Positions 1-11,052 of a DNA stretch of 64,000 nt are shown here, in pieces. The position numbers were made by a program, and so were the translations under genes. Within the stretch, counting starts at the first letter, position 1, and every line of letters begins with the position of its first letter. Under the pieces are notes generated by a model. The model ran no database searches. It worked only from the letters and a program-made list of their open reading frames with translations, and had not been told where the DNA came from. Source of the stretch: Bdellovibrionales bacterium (lineage in GTDB: Bacteria > Bdellovibrionota > Bdellovibrionia > Bdellovibrionales > JAUICD01); the NCBI GenBank assembly GCA_965262715.1, contig OZ253553.1:1408001-1472000 (forward strand), given 5' to 3'.

Positions 1-474
1 ATTAGGTTCATAACATTGAGAACCTCCAAAGCAGTCAATAACAAAAAGACCATTTTTCTCTAATTTCTGATAAACTAGAGAAAAATACTTTAGAATATCT
101 TGTCTTTCTTTAAAAAGAAAATATGAAAAATTATTTGCTACAACCATCTGCGCAGAAGGAACTTTATCAGAAAGCACACTCGTTTGGTATGTGCTAATTC
201 GTTTTTTTTGATGATCATTTAGCTTTGGATAATGTGTCTTGTAACCATATTCTAAAGGGTCCTCACTGATATCAACACCAATAGCTTGTCTATATTTTTT
301 TGATTTGACCCACTGGCAACAAACAATAAAAGTTCCACAAAAGTCTTCTCTAAGTAGAGTAAGTTTTCTGCGAGGTTTAAGCTCTTGCCAAACTTGTTCA
401 AAAAACTCCACATCCGCTTCTGGAGATTGTACAGAATCTATATAATATTTGTATTTATCAAATTCTAATGCCAT
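1..474 (-). CDS. Class I SAM-dependent methyltransferase-like protein (5' part; runs off window start)
   Basis: Not in ORF track. Manual translation from ATG at 474: MALEFDKYKYYIDSVQSPEADVEFF...LREDFCGTF...GVDI...NFSYFLFK...GLFVIDCFGG, open to position 1. EDFCGT resembles SAM-binding motif I. Confidence 0.7.
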   Translation of the reverse strand, partial: MALEFDKYKYYIDSVQSPEADVEFFEQVWQELKPRRKLTLLREDFCGTFIVCCQWVKSKKYRQAIGVDISEDPLEYGYKTHYPKLNDHQKKRISTYQTSVLSDKVPSAQMVVANNFSYFLFKERQDILKYFSLVYQKLEKNGLFVIDCFGGSQCYEPN

Positions 475-769
475 TATTTCTATTAAACCTAATGTTATAC
501 TTAATATGTTATACTTAATCAGGCTTAACTTATAAAAAGTTAAGTCTATCTTTTTTTAATAATCTATCTAATTATTTTTCTACACAATAATCAATCTGAA
601 ATATAAATTTTTGTATAGGATGCCTTGTAAAAATATTTGAATATATCTGTTAAAATTCTTTTTCAAATTCTGCATATCCCATTAGATAAAAAATCCTCAT
701 TGAATATTCCACTAGTATCAAAACTTGTCAAAATGTTTTTGAAAAAAATAGGCCATCGCAAATCTGCTT

Positions 770-1780
770 TTAAAGTGTTGATTTGAAAATCTTCTGACAA
801 CAAGGCGATGCAAGAATAGGAAACCCTTCTAAGCCAAGCTTTTTGCTTTTTAACATCAAGTTTCTTTGATCTTTTCTCCAAATTAAATGTACATGAGGAC
901 CTGCATCCATAGTAATCAGTGGCCCATCTCTGTTTTCTTTCCAAATACTATCCACAATACCTAAAACAGTTATAGTATCTTTTGTAAAATAAGAGAAGCT
1001 AGGAGAGGCTGTCTGAAATAAATCCATCATATCACAAAATTCAGCTTTAGCTATTCTATAAAGCTCTTCCCAATTTTTATGTTCCAATGCCTTCAAGAAA
1101 AAAGAAAGACGCTTTTCCACTCTTTGCGGTCGATTTTTATAAAGAGGGCTAGTTAAAACTATTTTATGAGCTTTTGAAGATGATATGCTTTTCTTTTCTT
1201 TTGAAGTTAAAACAACTATATGCATCCAATCTTTAGGAAACTCTATAGGAAAGAGTTTTCCATTTGGCATCCATAAGCATCCTGAAAAAAAACTACGACA
1301 AGAAGAACCTGAACCCCTACGACTTAAAACTGCGCATTCCACTGGATTTAAATGCTGACCTTTTAGCTTTATGAGCGCTTTTGAAAAAGCTCTTGTGAGC
1401 GCGGCAAAACTGCTAGCAGAACTGGCAAGGCCCACATCTGAAGGGAAATTGTTATGAGACCTGATAGTAAAAGAGTGTTTTAAATTAAATTGAGACTTAA
1501 GGTATTCTAAATGCTTCAAAAATCGCCTTTGAGCATCTAATGAAATAGGACTTAGAGATGTCATTTTTTCTTCTATTGAAATGTTTTGACATTGATCTTC
1601 TGGATTAAGATAAATATCCTCTTCTTGATGTTTTTCTCTCAATTCTAATTGAACAGTACTGACTAGGTGGTTTAATGTCCATGAAAGAGAAGGGTTTATA
1701 GGGGTATTTTCTATATCACAAGTCTTACCCATATATTTAATGAAAGCAAGATTTGCCGGCGCCAAAGCCTCAAACAGCAT
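770..1780 (-). CDS. mvaD: Diphosphomevalonate decarboxylase (GHMP family)
   Basis: APANLAFIKYMGK, NNFPSDVGLASSASSFAAL, SRRGSGSSCRS and TMDAGPHVH motifs. Confidence 0.92.
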   Translation of the reverse strand: MLFEALAPANLAFIKYMGKTCDIENTPINPSLSWTLNHLVSTVQLELREKHQEEDIYLNPEDQCQNISIEEKMTSLSPISLDAQRRFLKHLEYLKSQFNLKHSFTIRSHNNFPSDVGLASSASSFAALTRAFSKALIKLKGQHLNPVECAVLSRRGSGSSCRSFFSGCLWMPNGKLFPIEFPKDWMHIVVLTSKEKKSISSSKAHKIVLTSPLYKNRPQRVEKRLSFFLKALEHKNWEELYRIAKAEFCDMMDLFQTASPSFSYFTKDTITVLGIVDSIWKENRDGPLITMDAGPHVHLIWRKDQRNLMLKSKKLGLEGFPILASPCCQKIFKSTL

Positions 1781-1874
1781 CTTTTTTTATCCTTATTTCT
1801 GATAAAATCACTTCTTATACTTTTTGATTTTTCTCTTTATTCATATATCATTTTAGCTATATGCACAAATTAAA

Positions 1875-2204
1875 TCAGTTTATATGTTTTGTTTGTTCTT
1901 CCACCCATGAAAGATATTTTGAATGACCATCGATGATTTTATAAAATATAATACAAGGGCAATCATAGCTATGAAGCTTTTTGACAAGGCTTATCACAGC
2001 TTTGATATGTTCCTGAGGTGTTTTTACAATAAGGACAGCCTCTTTGGTCTTTTCTATAATATCTTGTCCGTCTTTTTGACTATGATAAAAAGATTGAATA
2101 GACTCTTGGATATTAGCACAAGCAATGAGTTTGTTTTTTAAAAGAGCAAGTGCCAATGCTTGCGCTTCTTTAGTGTGAGTGCATGTGATATATCCTAAAA
2201 CCAT
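1875..2204 (-). CDS. cutA: Divalent-cation tolerance protein CutA
   Basis: LIACANI, LIVKT and LHSYDCPCII...YLSWV motifs; 109 aa. Confidence 0.92.
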   Translation of the reverse strand: MVLGYITCTHTKEAQALALALLKNKLIACANIQESIQSFYHSQKDGQDIIEKTKEAVLIVKTPQEHIKAVISLVKKLHSYDCPCIIFYKIIDGHSKYLSWVEEQTKHIN

Positions 2205-2255
2205 TTTTTACTCCTTAAGCAGGGTAAATCTACCATAAATATAAGGCTATTATCA

Positions 2256-3455
2256 ATGACCTATGAGTTTTTTTTCAAATATCTATTTTCTAAAGCAGCA
2301 GGTTCGCTAATTAGGACTATTTCCTGGATTGGGCTTTTAGGTGTGGCCATAGGTGTTATGTCTATGGTGGTAGTTTTAAGTGTGATGAGTGGTTTAGGTG
2401 ATAATATGAAGTTAAGGCTACTTGCCATTGAACCTCATTTGATTTTTAAACCTCAAACTCAAGTTCAACAAGAAGACTTACTCAACAAATCTGCCCTTTA
2501 TCCTGACACTTATGCTTTTCCTTTTGAGCAACAAGATGTTTTAATAAGGACACCAGATGGACTTTATGAAGGAGCAATTGCTAAAGGAATGGATGTGAAC
2601 GCCTTCGCAAGAACGATTCAAGCCATTCAACAACAAAGTAGCTCATCCATGAACAAATCAGTAGCAATAAACGATAAGGAAATTTTTATTGGAATGAGTC
2701 TTGCTAGAAACCTTGGAGTTTTCGAAGAAGATAAAGTTGTAGTGATTGCTCCAGAATCTCTATTATTACCTCCTGGAGAAGTTCCGAAATTCGATCGAGT
2801 GAAAATTGTAGGTATTATAGATGTTCCAGACTCAAAAATGATATCAAAGACAATTTTTTATAAAAAAGGTAAAACCTTTACCTCATTAGGTCAAACAGCT
2901 TCCTTAGATAAAGGTATAGAGGTCAGACTCAATGATCCAGACGATTACAAAAAGTATATAGATATATTAGGCCCTCATTTGGATGCTGAAAGCTGGGCAA
3001 GTCGTAACTCTAATTTTTTCTACTCTCTTAGAATGGAGAAATTTTTAATATCAATCCTCTTAAGTTTAACACTTTTAATCAGTAATTTTGCTATCATCAC
3101 TGTTTTGATTTTATTGGGAACACAAAAGCAACAAGATATGGGACTCTTAATGGCACTAGGTTTATCTCCTAAGAAAATACATCGCTTTATGATGAATATA
3201 AGTTTGCTTTTATCAACACTAGGATTGTTTATAGGATTGCTATCTGGTATAGCTGTAAGCCTTTTGTTGAATAATGTGACACTCTCTTCACTACCAGATA
3301 TTTATTATGACACAACTATCCCTGTAAAATTAGATTTTGTAAATATTGGACTAATTGCATTGCTATCTATGTGCATCTCTTTTATATCCTCTTGGTTTTC
3401 AGCTTTTTTAACAATTGAAAAATCTCCAGCTCTGGCTTTGAGACCAAAATTTTAA
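2256..3455 (+). CDS. LolC/E-family lipoprotein-releasing ABC transporter permease
   Basis: GVAIGVMSMVVVLSVMSG N-terminal TM, MEK motif before the C-terminal TMs, LPDIYY; FtsX-type topology. Confidence 0.85.
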   Translation: MTYEFFFKYLFSKAAGSLIRTISWIGLLGVAIGVMSMVVVLSVMSGLGDNMKLRLLAIEPHLIFKPQTQVQQEDLLNKSALYPDTYAFPFEQQDVLIRTPDGLYEGAIAKGMDVNAFARTIQAIQQQSSSSMNKSVAINDKEIFIGMSLARNLGVFEEDKVVVIAPESLLLPPGEVPKFDRVKIVGIIDVPDSKMISKTIFYKKGKTFTSLGQTASLDKGIEVRLNDPDDYKKYIDILGPHLDAESWASRNSNFFYSLRMEKFLISILLSLTLLISNFAIITVLILLGTQKQQDMGLLMALGLSPKKIHRFMMNISLLLSTLGLFIGLLSGIAVSLLLNNVTLSSLPDIYYDTTIPVKLDFVNIGLIALLSMCISFISSWFSAFLTIEKSPALALRPKF

Positions 3456-3538
3456 TGCGCATAATCATTTGACCTCACTTATTTGATCTGATTATTTTAT
3501 AGATAGTTTTTGCAATAAATGATTTAACAGAGGAATCA

Positions 3539-6226
3539 ATGGATCAACAACATTCATTACCAACTCAGTATAACTCTAAAAATATTGAAGAAAATATATA
3601 TCAGTTTTGGGAATCCCAAAACTTTTTTTCCTGTCAAAGTATATCTTCTAAACCTACTTTTTGTATTATGCTTCCTCCTCCAAATGTGACAGGCGCTCTT
3701 CACATAGGACATGCCTTAGATCATACCATTCAAGATGTATTGATCCGTTGGAAGAGAATGAGTGGTTTTAACACTCTTTGGCAACCTGGGTTAGATCATG
3801 CAGGTATTGCTACCCAAAGTGTCTTAGAAAAAAAACTTAAAGAACAAGGTCTACAAAATATTGATCGTGATGAATTCTTAAAACATGCATGGTCATGGAA
3901 AGAACAATACAGTGATCGCATTATTAGCCAGATGAAAAGATTAGGAGATTCTTGTGATTGGGAGAAAAATCGCTTTACTTTAGATGAGGAATTTTCTCAA
4001 GCTGTCAAAAAAGTTTTTGTCACTTTATATAATGAAAAGCTCATTTATCGAGATTATAGATTAGTCAACTGGGACACAAAACTAAAATCTGCTGTTTCTG
4101 ATTTAGAAGTTGAACATGAAAAACGTGAGGTTTCTTTATGGCATTTTAAGTATATCCTTTCAGATAATGACAAGGAACACCTTGTTGTTGCCACCACAAG
4201 ACCTGAAACTATGTTAGGAGACACAGCTGTCTGCGTTCACCCTGAAGATGAAAGATACAAAGAGTATATAGGTAGAAAAGTCACACATCCTTTTTTAGAT
4301 AAGGAAATTCCTATTATAGCAGATGATTTTGTAGATCCTAAGTTTGGATCTGGGGTTGTAAAAATCACACCAGCTCACGACTTTACTGACTATAATATTG
4401 GAAAAAAGCATCAACTGGACTTTCTAAACATACTTAACGCAGATGGAACACTTAATCAAAATACAGGGCCATTTCAGGGTCTACCCATTTCAGATCCAGA
4501 AACACAAAATAAAGTGATCTCTGAATTAAATCAAAACGGTTTATTTATCCTACAAGAGCCTTACACAACAACTGTTCCTGTCAGCCAGCGTTCAGGAGAA
4601 GTCATTGAGCCTTTTTTATCAAAGCAATGGTTTTTAAAAAGTTCTTTGATGGCAGATAAGGCAAAAGAAGTGATCAAAAGCAAAGCTATTTCTTTTGAAC
4701 CAGAGCTTTGGACAAACACTTACCTTCACTGGATGAACAATCTTCAAGATTGGTGTATTTCACGTCAGTTATGGTGGGGACATAGGATTCCTGCATGGTT
4801 CTGCAAAGATTGTCAGGAGATATCTGTTTCTGAAACAGGCCTTAAAAAATGCCATCACTGCTCATCCCATAATATCTATCAAGAAAATGACGTTTTAGAC
4901 ACATGGTTTAGTTCTGCTCTTTGGCCTTTTGTGACTTTAGGTTGGCCAAAAGAAACAAAGGAACTAAAAACTTTTTATCCCACAGATGTTTTAGTTACAG
5001 GACATGATATTATTTTTTTCTGGGTGAGTCGTATGATAATGGCTGGACTTCATCATTTAAAAGAGATTCCCTTCAAAAAAATTTATATTCATGGAATTAT
5101 AAGAGACGATAAAGGGAAAAAAATGTCTAAAACATTAGGTAACACTTTAGACCCTATTGATCTTATTGATCAATACGGAGCTGATGTCTTACGTTTGACG
5201 CTACTATCTCAAGTATCTGGCGGAAGAGACTTAAAGTTTTCTAAAAAAACTTTAACAGTTTACAGAAATTTTTTAAATAAAATATGGAATGCCACTCGTT
5301 TCAGTCTTTCTTTTTTAGAAAAAAGTGATAAATCTTTTGAAGTATCTTTAAACGATATCTCTCAGTCAAAAGACTTACACCTGCCAGATCAGTGGATTAT
5401 TTACAAATTGGGCATTTTAGAAGAGTCTGTTAATGAAAAACTTGATAAGTTTAAATTTTCAGAGGCCACATCTTTGCTTTACGATTTTGTATGGCATGAT
5501 TTTTGTGATTGGTACTTAGAGTTTATCAAGTTGATTGTTTATAATCAAAAAGACATAAAAAGATCATATACATTATTTATACTTTTTAACACACTCAATC
5601 GCATTTGTAGACTGCTACATCCTTTTATTCCTTTTATGACTGAAGAGATTTACCAAAAGCTACCTATTAAAAATCAAGCATGTATTATTGATACATTTCC
5701 TCATACACAAAATGATCAACAATTATTAAAATTAGGATCAAAACAAGCTGCTTTTGAAATGGATATTATTAGAGAAGTCATTACTGCTATTAGAAATATT
5801 CGAGGAGAAAATAATATCCCTCTACATAACAAAATTTCTGTCCAGTTGACTTCTAATAGTGGAGAGAAGATATTAAAAAATCACCTAGCATTTATCCTAC
5901 AACTAGCAAAGTTAGCAGACTGTCAGGTCTGTTTAGAAACACCTGCATTATCAAAATCAGCTGTTCAGCTTGTACAGATGGATAGAGTAAAAGTTCAAGT
6001 GATTGTACCTCTTGAAGGGTTAGTGAACTTTGATGAAGAGATCAAACGTTTAGAAAAAAATATTCACAAAGTTGAAGGAGAGATACAAAAAATCAATACA
6101 TATCTTAATAATCCCAATTTTATCAAAAATGCCCCTAAGAAAATAGTCAGTGGGCACCAAAGCAAGCTTAAAAGCTTAAATGTTCAATTGAATCATCTAA
6201 AAGACAGTTTAGATCGATTATCTTAA
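3539..6226 (+). CDS. valS: Valine--tRNA ligase
   Basis: PPPNVTGALHIGH, DWCISRQLWWGHRIP, KMSKT and C-terminal coiled coil. Confidence 0.98.
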   Translation: MDQQHSLPTQYNSKNIEENIYQFWESQNFFSCQSISSKPTFCIMLPPPNVTGALHIGHALDHTIQDVLIRWKRMSGFNTLWQPGLDHAGIATQSVLEKKLKEQGLQNIDRDEFLKHAWSWKEQYSDRIISQMKRLGDSCDWEKNRFTLDEEFSQAVKKVFVTLYNEKLIYRDYRLVNWDTKLKSAVSDLEVEHEKREVSLWHFKYILSDNDKEHLVVATTRPETMLGDTAVCVHPEDERYKEYIGRKVTHPFLDKEIPIIADDFVDPKFGSGVVKITPAHDFTDYNIGKKHQLDFLNILNADGTLNQNTGPFQGLPISDPETQNKVISELNQNGLFILQEPYTTTVPVSQRSGEVIEPFLSKQWFLKSSLMADKAKEVIKSKAISFEPELWTNTYLHWMNNLQDWCISRQLWWGHRIPAWFCKDCQEISVSETGLKKCHHCSSHNIYQENDVLDTWFSSALWPFVTLGWPKETKELKTFYPTDVLVTGHDIIFFWVSRMIMAGLHHLKEIPFKKIYIHGIIRDDKGKKMSKTLGNTLDPIDLIDQYGADVLRLTLLSQVSGGRDLKFSKKTLTVYRNFLNKIWNATRFSLSFLEKSDKSFEVSLNDISQSKDLHLPDQWIIYKLGILEESVNEKLDKFKFSEATSLLYDFVWHDFCDWYLEFIKLIVYNQKDIKRSYTLFILFNTLNRICRLLHPFIPFMTEEIYQKLPIKNQACIIDTFPHTQNDQQLLKLGSKQAAFEMDIIREVITAIRNIRGENNIPLHNKISVQLTSNSGEKILKNHLAFILQLAKLADCQVCLETPALSKSAVQLVQMDRVKVQVIVPLEGLVNFDEEIKRLEKNIHKVEGEIQKINTYLNNPNFIKNAPKKIVSGHQSKLKSLNVQLNHLKDSLDRLS

Positions 6227-6304
6227 AAACAACTAGCAGTTGTTGCTGTTTTGATATAAATCATTGAAGTTACAAGTTATTTCTTATTAAACCTTTATTT
6301 TATT

Positions 6305-6344
6305 CAGGCAATCGGGCAATCAGTTCCCGGCAACAGCCCTGCCC
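6305..6344. repeat. Family C octamer-based palindromic element (half copy)
   Basis: caggcaatcgggcaatcagttcccggcaacag matches the left arm and loop of the copies at 17412 and 50040. Confidence 0.6.
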
Positions 6345-6366
6345 CTTTATGAATCCAGTTTTATGA

Positions 6367-6795
6367 TCACCACCAAGGATTAGATGGATCCTCATTTGAC
6401 TTTTGAGTTACATTTTCTTCTTTATTTGGAACATTTTCCTCTTTATTTCCAATATTTTCCTCTTTATTTGCAACATTTTCTTCTATGACAACTTGTGCTT
6501 CTTGAGGATCAGCTTGATCTGTGATGGTAGGAGGCTGTGTATTATAAGTTGTGTCATTTTTCTCATTTGCTACTTCTTCTTGTTGCGTTTGAGGATCTTG
6601 TGAAGGCTGTTGATTTGTATTTGTTGGATCTGAAGGGTTAGGAAACAGAACCATAGGCTTTGCATTTTCACTAACATCTGGAAGACCTTCTAAGTTTTCT
6701 TTAACTTCTTTTTCTGTCACTAGTCCTTGACTGAGATTCCATGTTTTCATACGTTTATCAAACTTTAATTTCAAGAAAGAATCATGTAACGACAT
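6367..6795 (-). CDS. Hypothetical protein with acidic low-complexity tail and 7-aa NKEENx repeats
   Basis: aaaggag RBS upstream; KFDKRMKTWNL...LPDVSEN N-terminal domain; 21-bp tandem repeats at about 6410-6484. Confidence 0.75.
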   Translation of the reverse strand: MSLHDSFLKLKFDKRMKTWNLSQGLVTEKEVKENLEGLPDVSENAKPMVLFPNPSDPTNTNQQPSQDPQTQQEEVANEKNDTTYNTQPPTITDQADPQEAQVVIEENVANKEENIGNKEENVPNKEENVTQKSNEDPSNPWW

Positions 6796-6898
6796 AAATA
6801 AACTCCTTTAACAATATTATTATATAATAAATATTCTTATTTCTTAATAAAAAGGCAACCGAAAGTCAAATAGCAACCAACTTTATGATCATTTGAAC

Positions 6899-7279
6899 TT
6901 AAAAGAAAGGATAACCCAACCTTTTTTGTGGATTAAAGCCATAGTGGTAGGATCTAATAGCTGAATCTATACAGTCATAAAAGTCCTCTGACCCAAATCC
7001 GTTAACATCCATAAGCTTGACAAATTCTGCGCTCGCACATGCAAACCTAGGTCTTGGTTGATGATTTTGACAGAATCTATTCAAGGCTTGAACAAATGCG
7101 ACCAAACCACAAGAGCCTACAAATTGCAATTTTGCAAAATTAAAGACAACTCTTTTGGAAAAAGCTGTAGAAAGATAATCTTTTTCAAATATAATTGAAG
7201 TTTCAAAATTTAAAAAATCTTTAAGATGAATGATAATGATGTCATTTGGTAGAGGCTCTAATCTAACGTCCACTGTCAA
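6899..7279 (-). CDS. STAS-domain protein (anti-sigma factor antagonist-like)
   Basis: VVFNFAKLQFVGSCGL resembles the STAS D-x-S-G motif; 126 aa; TTG start. Confidence 0.8.
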   Translation of the reverse strand: MTVDVRLEPLPNDIIIIHLKDFLNFETSIIFEKDYLSTAFSKRVVFNFAKLQFVGSCGLVAFVQALNRFCQNHQPRPRFACASAEFVKLMDVNGFGSEDFYDCIDSAIRSYHYGFNPQKRLGYPFF

Positions 7280-7541
7280 TCCCCTTATTTAACCCTTTTA
7301 TCATACAATCTCTATAGCATGATTTCCACTTTCTTAAGAGTAATTCTATACAAACTCTACCTTGATAAAGCACATTAGCTTATGAAATCAACTTTTATGA
7401 CCTATCAGTCACTTCACACTCATAAATTGACTTAAAATTTAGAGATATTGATGGTTTAAGAGAATTTTCTTGCTTTTAGTAAATAAGTCTTATAAAAAGC
7501 TGGCTTAAAAGCATTTCTTTAGCTTAAGGAGATAGAACTTC

Positions 7542-8618
7542 ATGTTATTTCACTTTTTACGCCAACTTGCAGATGAAGTCTCAGTGCTAAATGTCTTTCA
7601 ATATATTACTTTTAGAACATTCCTTGCTTTCTTAACTTCATTTCTTGTTTGCTGGTTCTTTGGCCCTCACTTTATCAAGCAACTTGTCCGCCGCCAGTTA
7701 AAACAAGTTATTAGAGAAGATGGCCCACAAAGACACCTCAAGAAAGTAGGAACTCCTACCATGGGGGGATGGCTCATCTTATTTAGTATAATGATCACAT
7801 CTCTATTTTGGGCAGATTGGTCTAACCCTCTTGTTATTGCTCTTCTTTTGATCACTCTCACTTTTGGTCTTATTGGTTATTGGGATGATCATTTAAAAAT
7901 CTCCCACCATTCTTCACAGGGACTTTCTATGCGAATGCGCTTGTTATTAGAGTTTGTTGCCTCAGCTTTAATTATTGGCGGGTTGATACAATGGTTCAGT
8001 TTTTCGACCCAAGTATCTGTCCCTATTTTTAAAAATATTAATTTTGACTTAGGTTGGTTTTACTTGTTATTTTCTTGTTTCGTGATTGTGGGCTGCGCTA
8101 ATGCGGTGAATTTAACAGATGGTTTAGATGGGCTTGCAATTGCTCCTATTATTATAGCAACAGGAACATACCTTATTTTAGCTTATGTGGCAGGACATGC
8201 AAGGATTGCTGAATACTTGCAAGTTCCATTTGTACCAGGCGCTGGAGAGCTAGCTCCACTGGCCGCAATGGTTGTTGCTGCCGGCCTTGGCTTTCTCTGG
8301 TATAACTTTTACCCTGCGCAAATCATTATGGGAGATGTAGGCAGCTTAGGCATGGGTAGCTTTTTAGGTGCTATAGCTGTGCTCACTAAACATGAACTAC
8401 TTTTGGCTGTCATTGGAGGGATATTTACTACAGAGGCACTATCAGTTATTACACAAGTTATATGCTTCAAATTAACAGGGAAACGAGTATTTAAAATGGC
8501 ACCTATTCATCATCATTTTGAATTAAAGGGGATTGATGAAACAAAGATTGTTGTTAGATTTTGGATTATCTCTATTTTATTAGCTGTTTTAGGTTTAAGT
8601 ACGCTCAAATTAAGGTAG
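7542..8618 (+). CDS. mraY: Phospho-N-acetylmuramoyl-pentapeptide transferase
   Basis: [27 protein letters not shown] and [10 protein letters not shown] motifs. Confidence 0.98.
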   Translation: MLFHFLRQLADEVSVLNVFQYITFRTFLAFLTSFLVCWFFGPHFIKQLVRRQLKQVIREDGPQRHLKKVGTPTMGGWLILFSIMITSLFWADWSNPLVIALLLITLTFGLIGYWDDHLKISHHSSQGLSMRMRLLLEFVASALIIGGLIQWFSFSTQVSVPIFKNINFDLGWFYLLFSCFVIVGCANAVNLTDGLDGLAIAPIIIATGTYLILAYVAGHARIAEYLQVPFVPGAGELAPLAAMVVAAGLGFLWYNFYPAQIIMGDVGSLGMGSFLGAIAVLTKHELLLAVIGGIFTTEALSVITQVICFKLTGKRVFKMAPIHHHFELKGIDETKIVVRFWIISILLAVLGLSTLKLR

Positions 8619-8668
8619 CTTATTTCAAAGGTATAGATTATTAAAAGATGAGGAGGCTTTGAGTCTTT

Positions 8669-10054
8669 ATGAAAATGCAAAAAAAGAGTTTAAAAAATCG
8701 AAAAATTATGGTTGTGGGTCTTGCTAAAACAGGAGTTGCGCTAGCAAAGTTTCTCTGTGAAGTTGAGGCAGAAGTCTCTGTAAGCGACCACAAATCTGTG
8801 GCAGAACTATCTGAAGCATTAGAAGAAATTGAAGACTTAAATATTCATTATGACTTAGGAGGACATACTCCAAAAGCCATGCTTGCTCAAGAAATGATTA
8901 TTTTAAGTCCGGGGGTTTCTCCAGGTCTGCAGATATTTCATTACGCAAGGCAGCACGGAGTGCAAATCACATCAGATATTGAATTTGCCTCACAGATGAT
9001 TGACGAACCTATCATTGCCATTACAGGAACAAATGGTAAGACCACAGTTGCTGAAATGACCAATGCCTTCTTAACCAAATCTGGTGTAAAGACATGGATA
9101 GGCGGCAATTATGGCAAGCCTTTGATTGAATATGTAAGAAGTGGAGAAAAAGCTGATGTTTTAATTTGTGAAGTCTCAAGCTTTCAATTAGAGCTTGTAA
9201 AAACTTTCACTCCTCAAACTATTGTATTCACAAATATTGCTCCTAACCATTTTGATAGATACAAAAGCTTGGATGGGTACATTAAAGCCAAAAAGCGGAT
9301 TTTTTTAAACACAAATGCCAAAACAAAAAGTATTTTAAATGCTGATGATAAGCAGGTGGTCAATATTGCAAATGACCCAGTTGTTCAGGAAGGTCATATT
9401 TTGTACTTTTCAAGAAAATCAAGTCTTGAATCACAAGTGATGAATATTGGAGGTGGTGTTCATATAGGCAATGAGATCCGTATCCGTGTTAGACCTGACA
9501 TTGAAGTTTATTCAAGCGCGAAGATAAAAATATTAGGCGACCACTCTATTGAAAATATAATAGCTGCTATTTGCGCCGCTAGAGATTATGGAGCTCAACC
9601 TGTCATTATCCAACAAGTTATAGACTCCTTTAAACCATTGCCCCACAGGTTGGAATATGTAAGAAAAGCTGGAGGTGTTCGCTTCTATAATGATTCTAAA
9701 TCTACAAATGTCCATGCTATTACAAGAGCTCTTACAGCTTTTGATGAAAATGTGATCTTAATTTGTGGAGGAAAGGATGCAAATCTCAGCTTTGACAGCC
9801 TTGCTAATATTATCAAAGAAAAAGTAAAAATATTAATTCTTTTTGGAGAATCTAAAGAGAAAATCAATAGATCCATTGGAAATTGCAGTGATACTTTTTT
9901 AATTGGAACATTTGAGGAGGCTGTCTTGATGGCTTATCAAAAGTCCAAAATTAATGATGTTGTTCTGTTATCTCCTGGGTGTCCTAGCTTCGATCTTTTT
10001 GATAGCTACATAGAAAGAGGAAATTATTTTAAAAGAATCGTAAACTCTTTATAA
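8669..10054 (+). CDS. murD: UDP-N-acetylmuramoyl-L-alanine--D-glutamate ligase
   Basis: AITGTNGKTT, EVSSFQL, HRLE, NDSKSTN and LLSPGCPSFD motifs. Confidence 0.97.
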   Translation: MKMQKKSLKNRKIMVVGLAKTGVALAKFLCEVEAEVSVSDHKSVAELSEALEEIEDLNIHYDLGGHTPKAMLAQEMIILSPGVSPGLQIFHYARQHGVQITSDIEFASQMIDEPIIAITGTNGKTTVAEMTNAFLTKSGVKTWIGGNYGKPLIEYVRSGEKADVLICEVSSFQLELVKTFTPQTIVFTNIAPNHFDRYKSLDGYIKAKKRIFLNTNAKTKSILNADDKQVVNIANDPVVQEGHILYFSRKSSLESQVMNIGGGVHIGNEIRIRVRPDIEVYSSAKIKILGDHSIENIIAAICAARDYGAQPVIIQQVIDSFKPLPHRLEYVRKAGGVRFYNDSKSTNVHAITRALTAFDENVILICGGKDANLSFDSLANIIKEKVKILILFGESKEKINRSIGNCSDTFLIGTFEEAVLMAYQKSKINDVVLLSPGCPSFDLFDSYIERGNYFKRIVNSL

Positions 10055-10321
10055 ACAAGCTCTACTTAAGGCCAAGTTACCTTAAACCAATAAGAAGTTA
10101 TGCTATCCCTTTATCTAAAGCCAAAATAGACGAACTACCTTAAATGAACTATCTCAAATTAATGCGTCGTGTTATAAAAATATCAGAAATGCTTGATGAA
10201 ATAAAATAAAAGAAAGCACAATTGAATTATGAGGCAGAAATTTTATGGCCCAGTTTTTTATTATAAAAATTTTATTAAATGATTTTTATCTGTAAAATAA
10301 AAATAAACAGGGTAGGGGACC

Positions 10322-10654
10322 ATGAAATCAACACCAATACAAACTATACCGCAAGAGCGGTTAGATCAAATTGAGTACTTACTGACTCAATCCACAAAAG
10401 GGGTCCATCTTTTATTTGACAGAGACACACTTGTCAACACCCTGCAAGAGCCTATTGAAGCAAGGGACTATTTTAGTTTTGATAACCTCAATAAAGTCCA
10501 AGCCATCCTAACAGAGATGATTCAACAACCTACCATTGCAGAAAAAAGACATTACTTGTCTACGTTAGAAGATGATGCCTATGAGCTATTTGTTAGAACT
10601 TACTTTAATATAGTTGAAAACACAGTCCTTACATCCACCCAAGATCACCACTAA
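10322..10654 (+). CDS. Hypothetical protein
   Basis: 110-aa ORF with G-rich RBS (gtaggggac); protein-like composition. Confidence 0.7.
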   Translation: MKSTPIQTIPQERLDQIEYLLTQSTKGVHLLFDRDTLVNTLQEPIEARDYFSFDNLNKVQAILTEMIQQPTIAEKRHYLSTLEDDAYELFVRTYFNIVENTVLTSTQDHH

Positions 10655-10674
10655 GAGCTACCTACTTAGCCTTT

Positions 10675-11031
10675 CTATGACTCTTTCTTTTCAGTTTTAT
10701 CTGTGTCAGTTGCACTCTTAACTGTACCACCTCCTGTTTCACACTCTTTTTGACCTATTAATTTCCAGCCTTGTCCTTTACAAGCATTTTTACCTGAACA
10801 AGAGTGTTTAGCTGTATGACAATCAGATTTTCCCTTACAAGTGTTGATGCCATAACAATGAACCTTCTCAGCGGTTTTAGCTTTGGGACTGGCCTTGGAT
10901 TTACCACTAGTATCTGTTGCATCTAGTGCTTGAGCACTTCCTATCACTCCAGAGCAAAATAAACCAGCTACAATAGCCTTTAAGTAATTTGTTTTTACTC
11001 GTTGTTTAACCTTTACCTTTTGATATTTCAT
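10675..11031 (-). CDS. Secreted six-Cys peptide, bufferin BufA2-like precursor
   Basis: Signal peptide followed by HCYGINTCKGKSDCHTAKHSCSGKNACKGQGW...EC...GG; aggagga RBS. Confidence 0.8.
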   Translation of the reverse strand: MKYQKVKVKQRVKTNYLKAIVAGLFCSGVIGSAQALDATDTSGKSKASPKAKTAEKVHCYGINTCKGKSDCHTAKHSCSGKNACKGQGWKLIGQKECETGGGTVKSATDTDKTEKKES

Positions 11032-11052
11032 TTATTTCCTCCTATTTTTTGT

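Noticed and set aside
770..1780. Mevalonate-pathway gene as a novelty
   Set aside because: The mevalonate pathway is already known in several bacterial lineages, including predatory ones, so it is not unusual alone.
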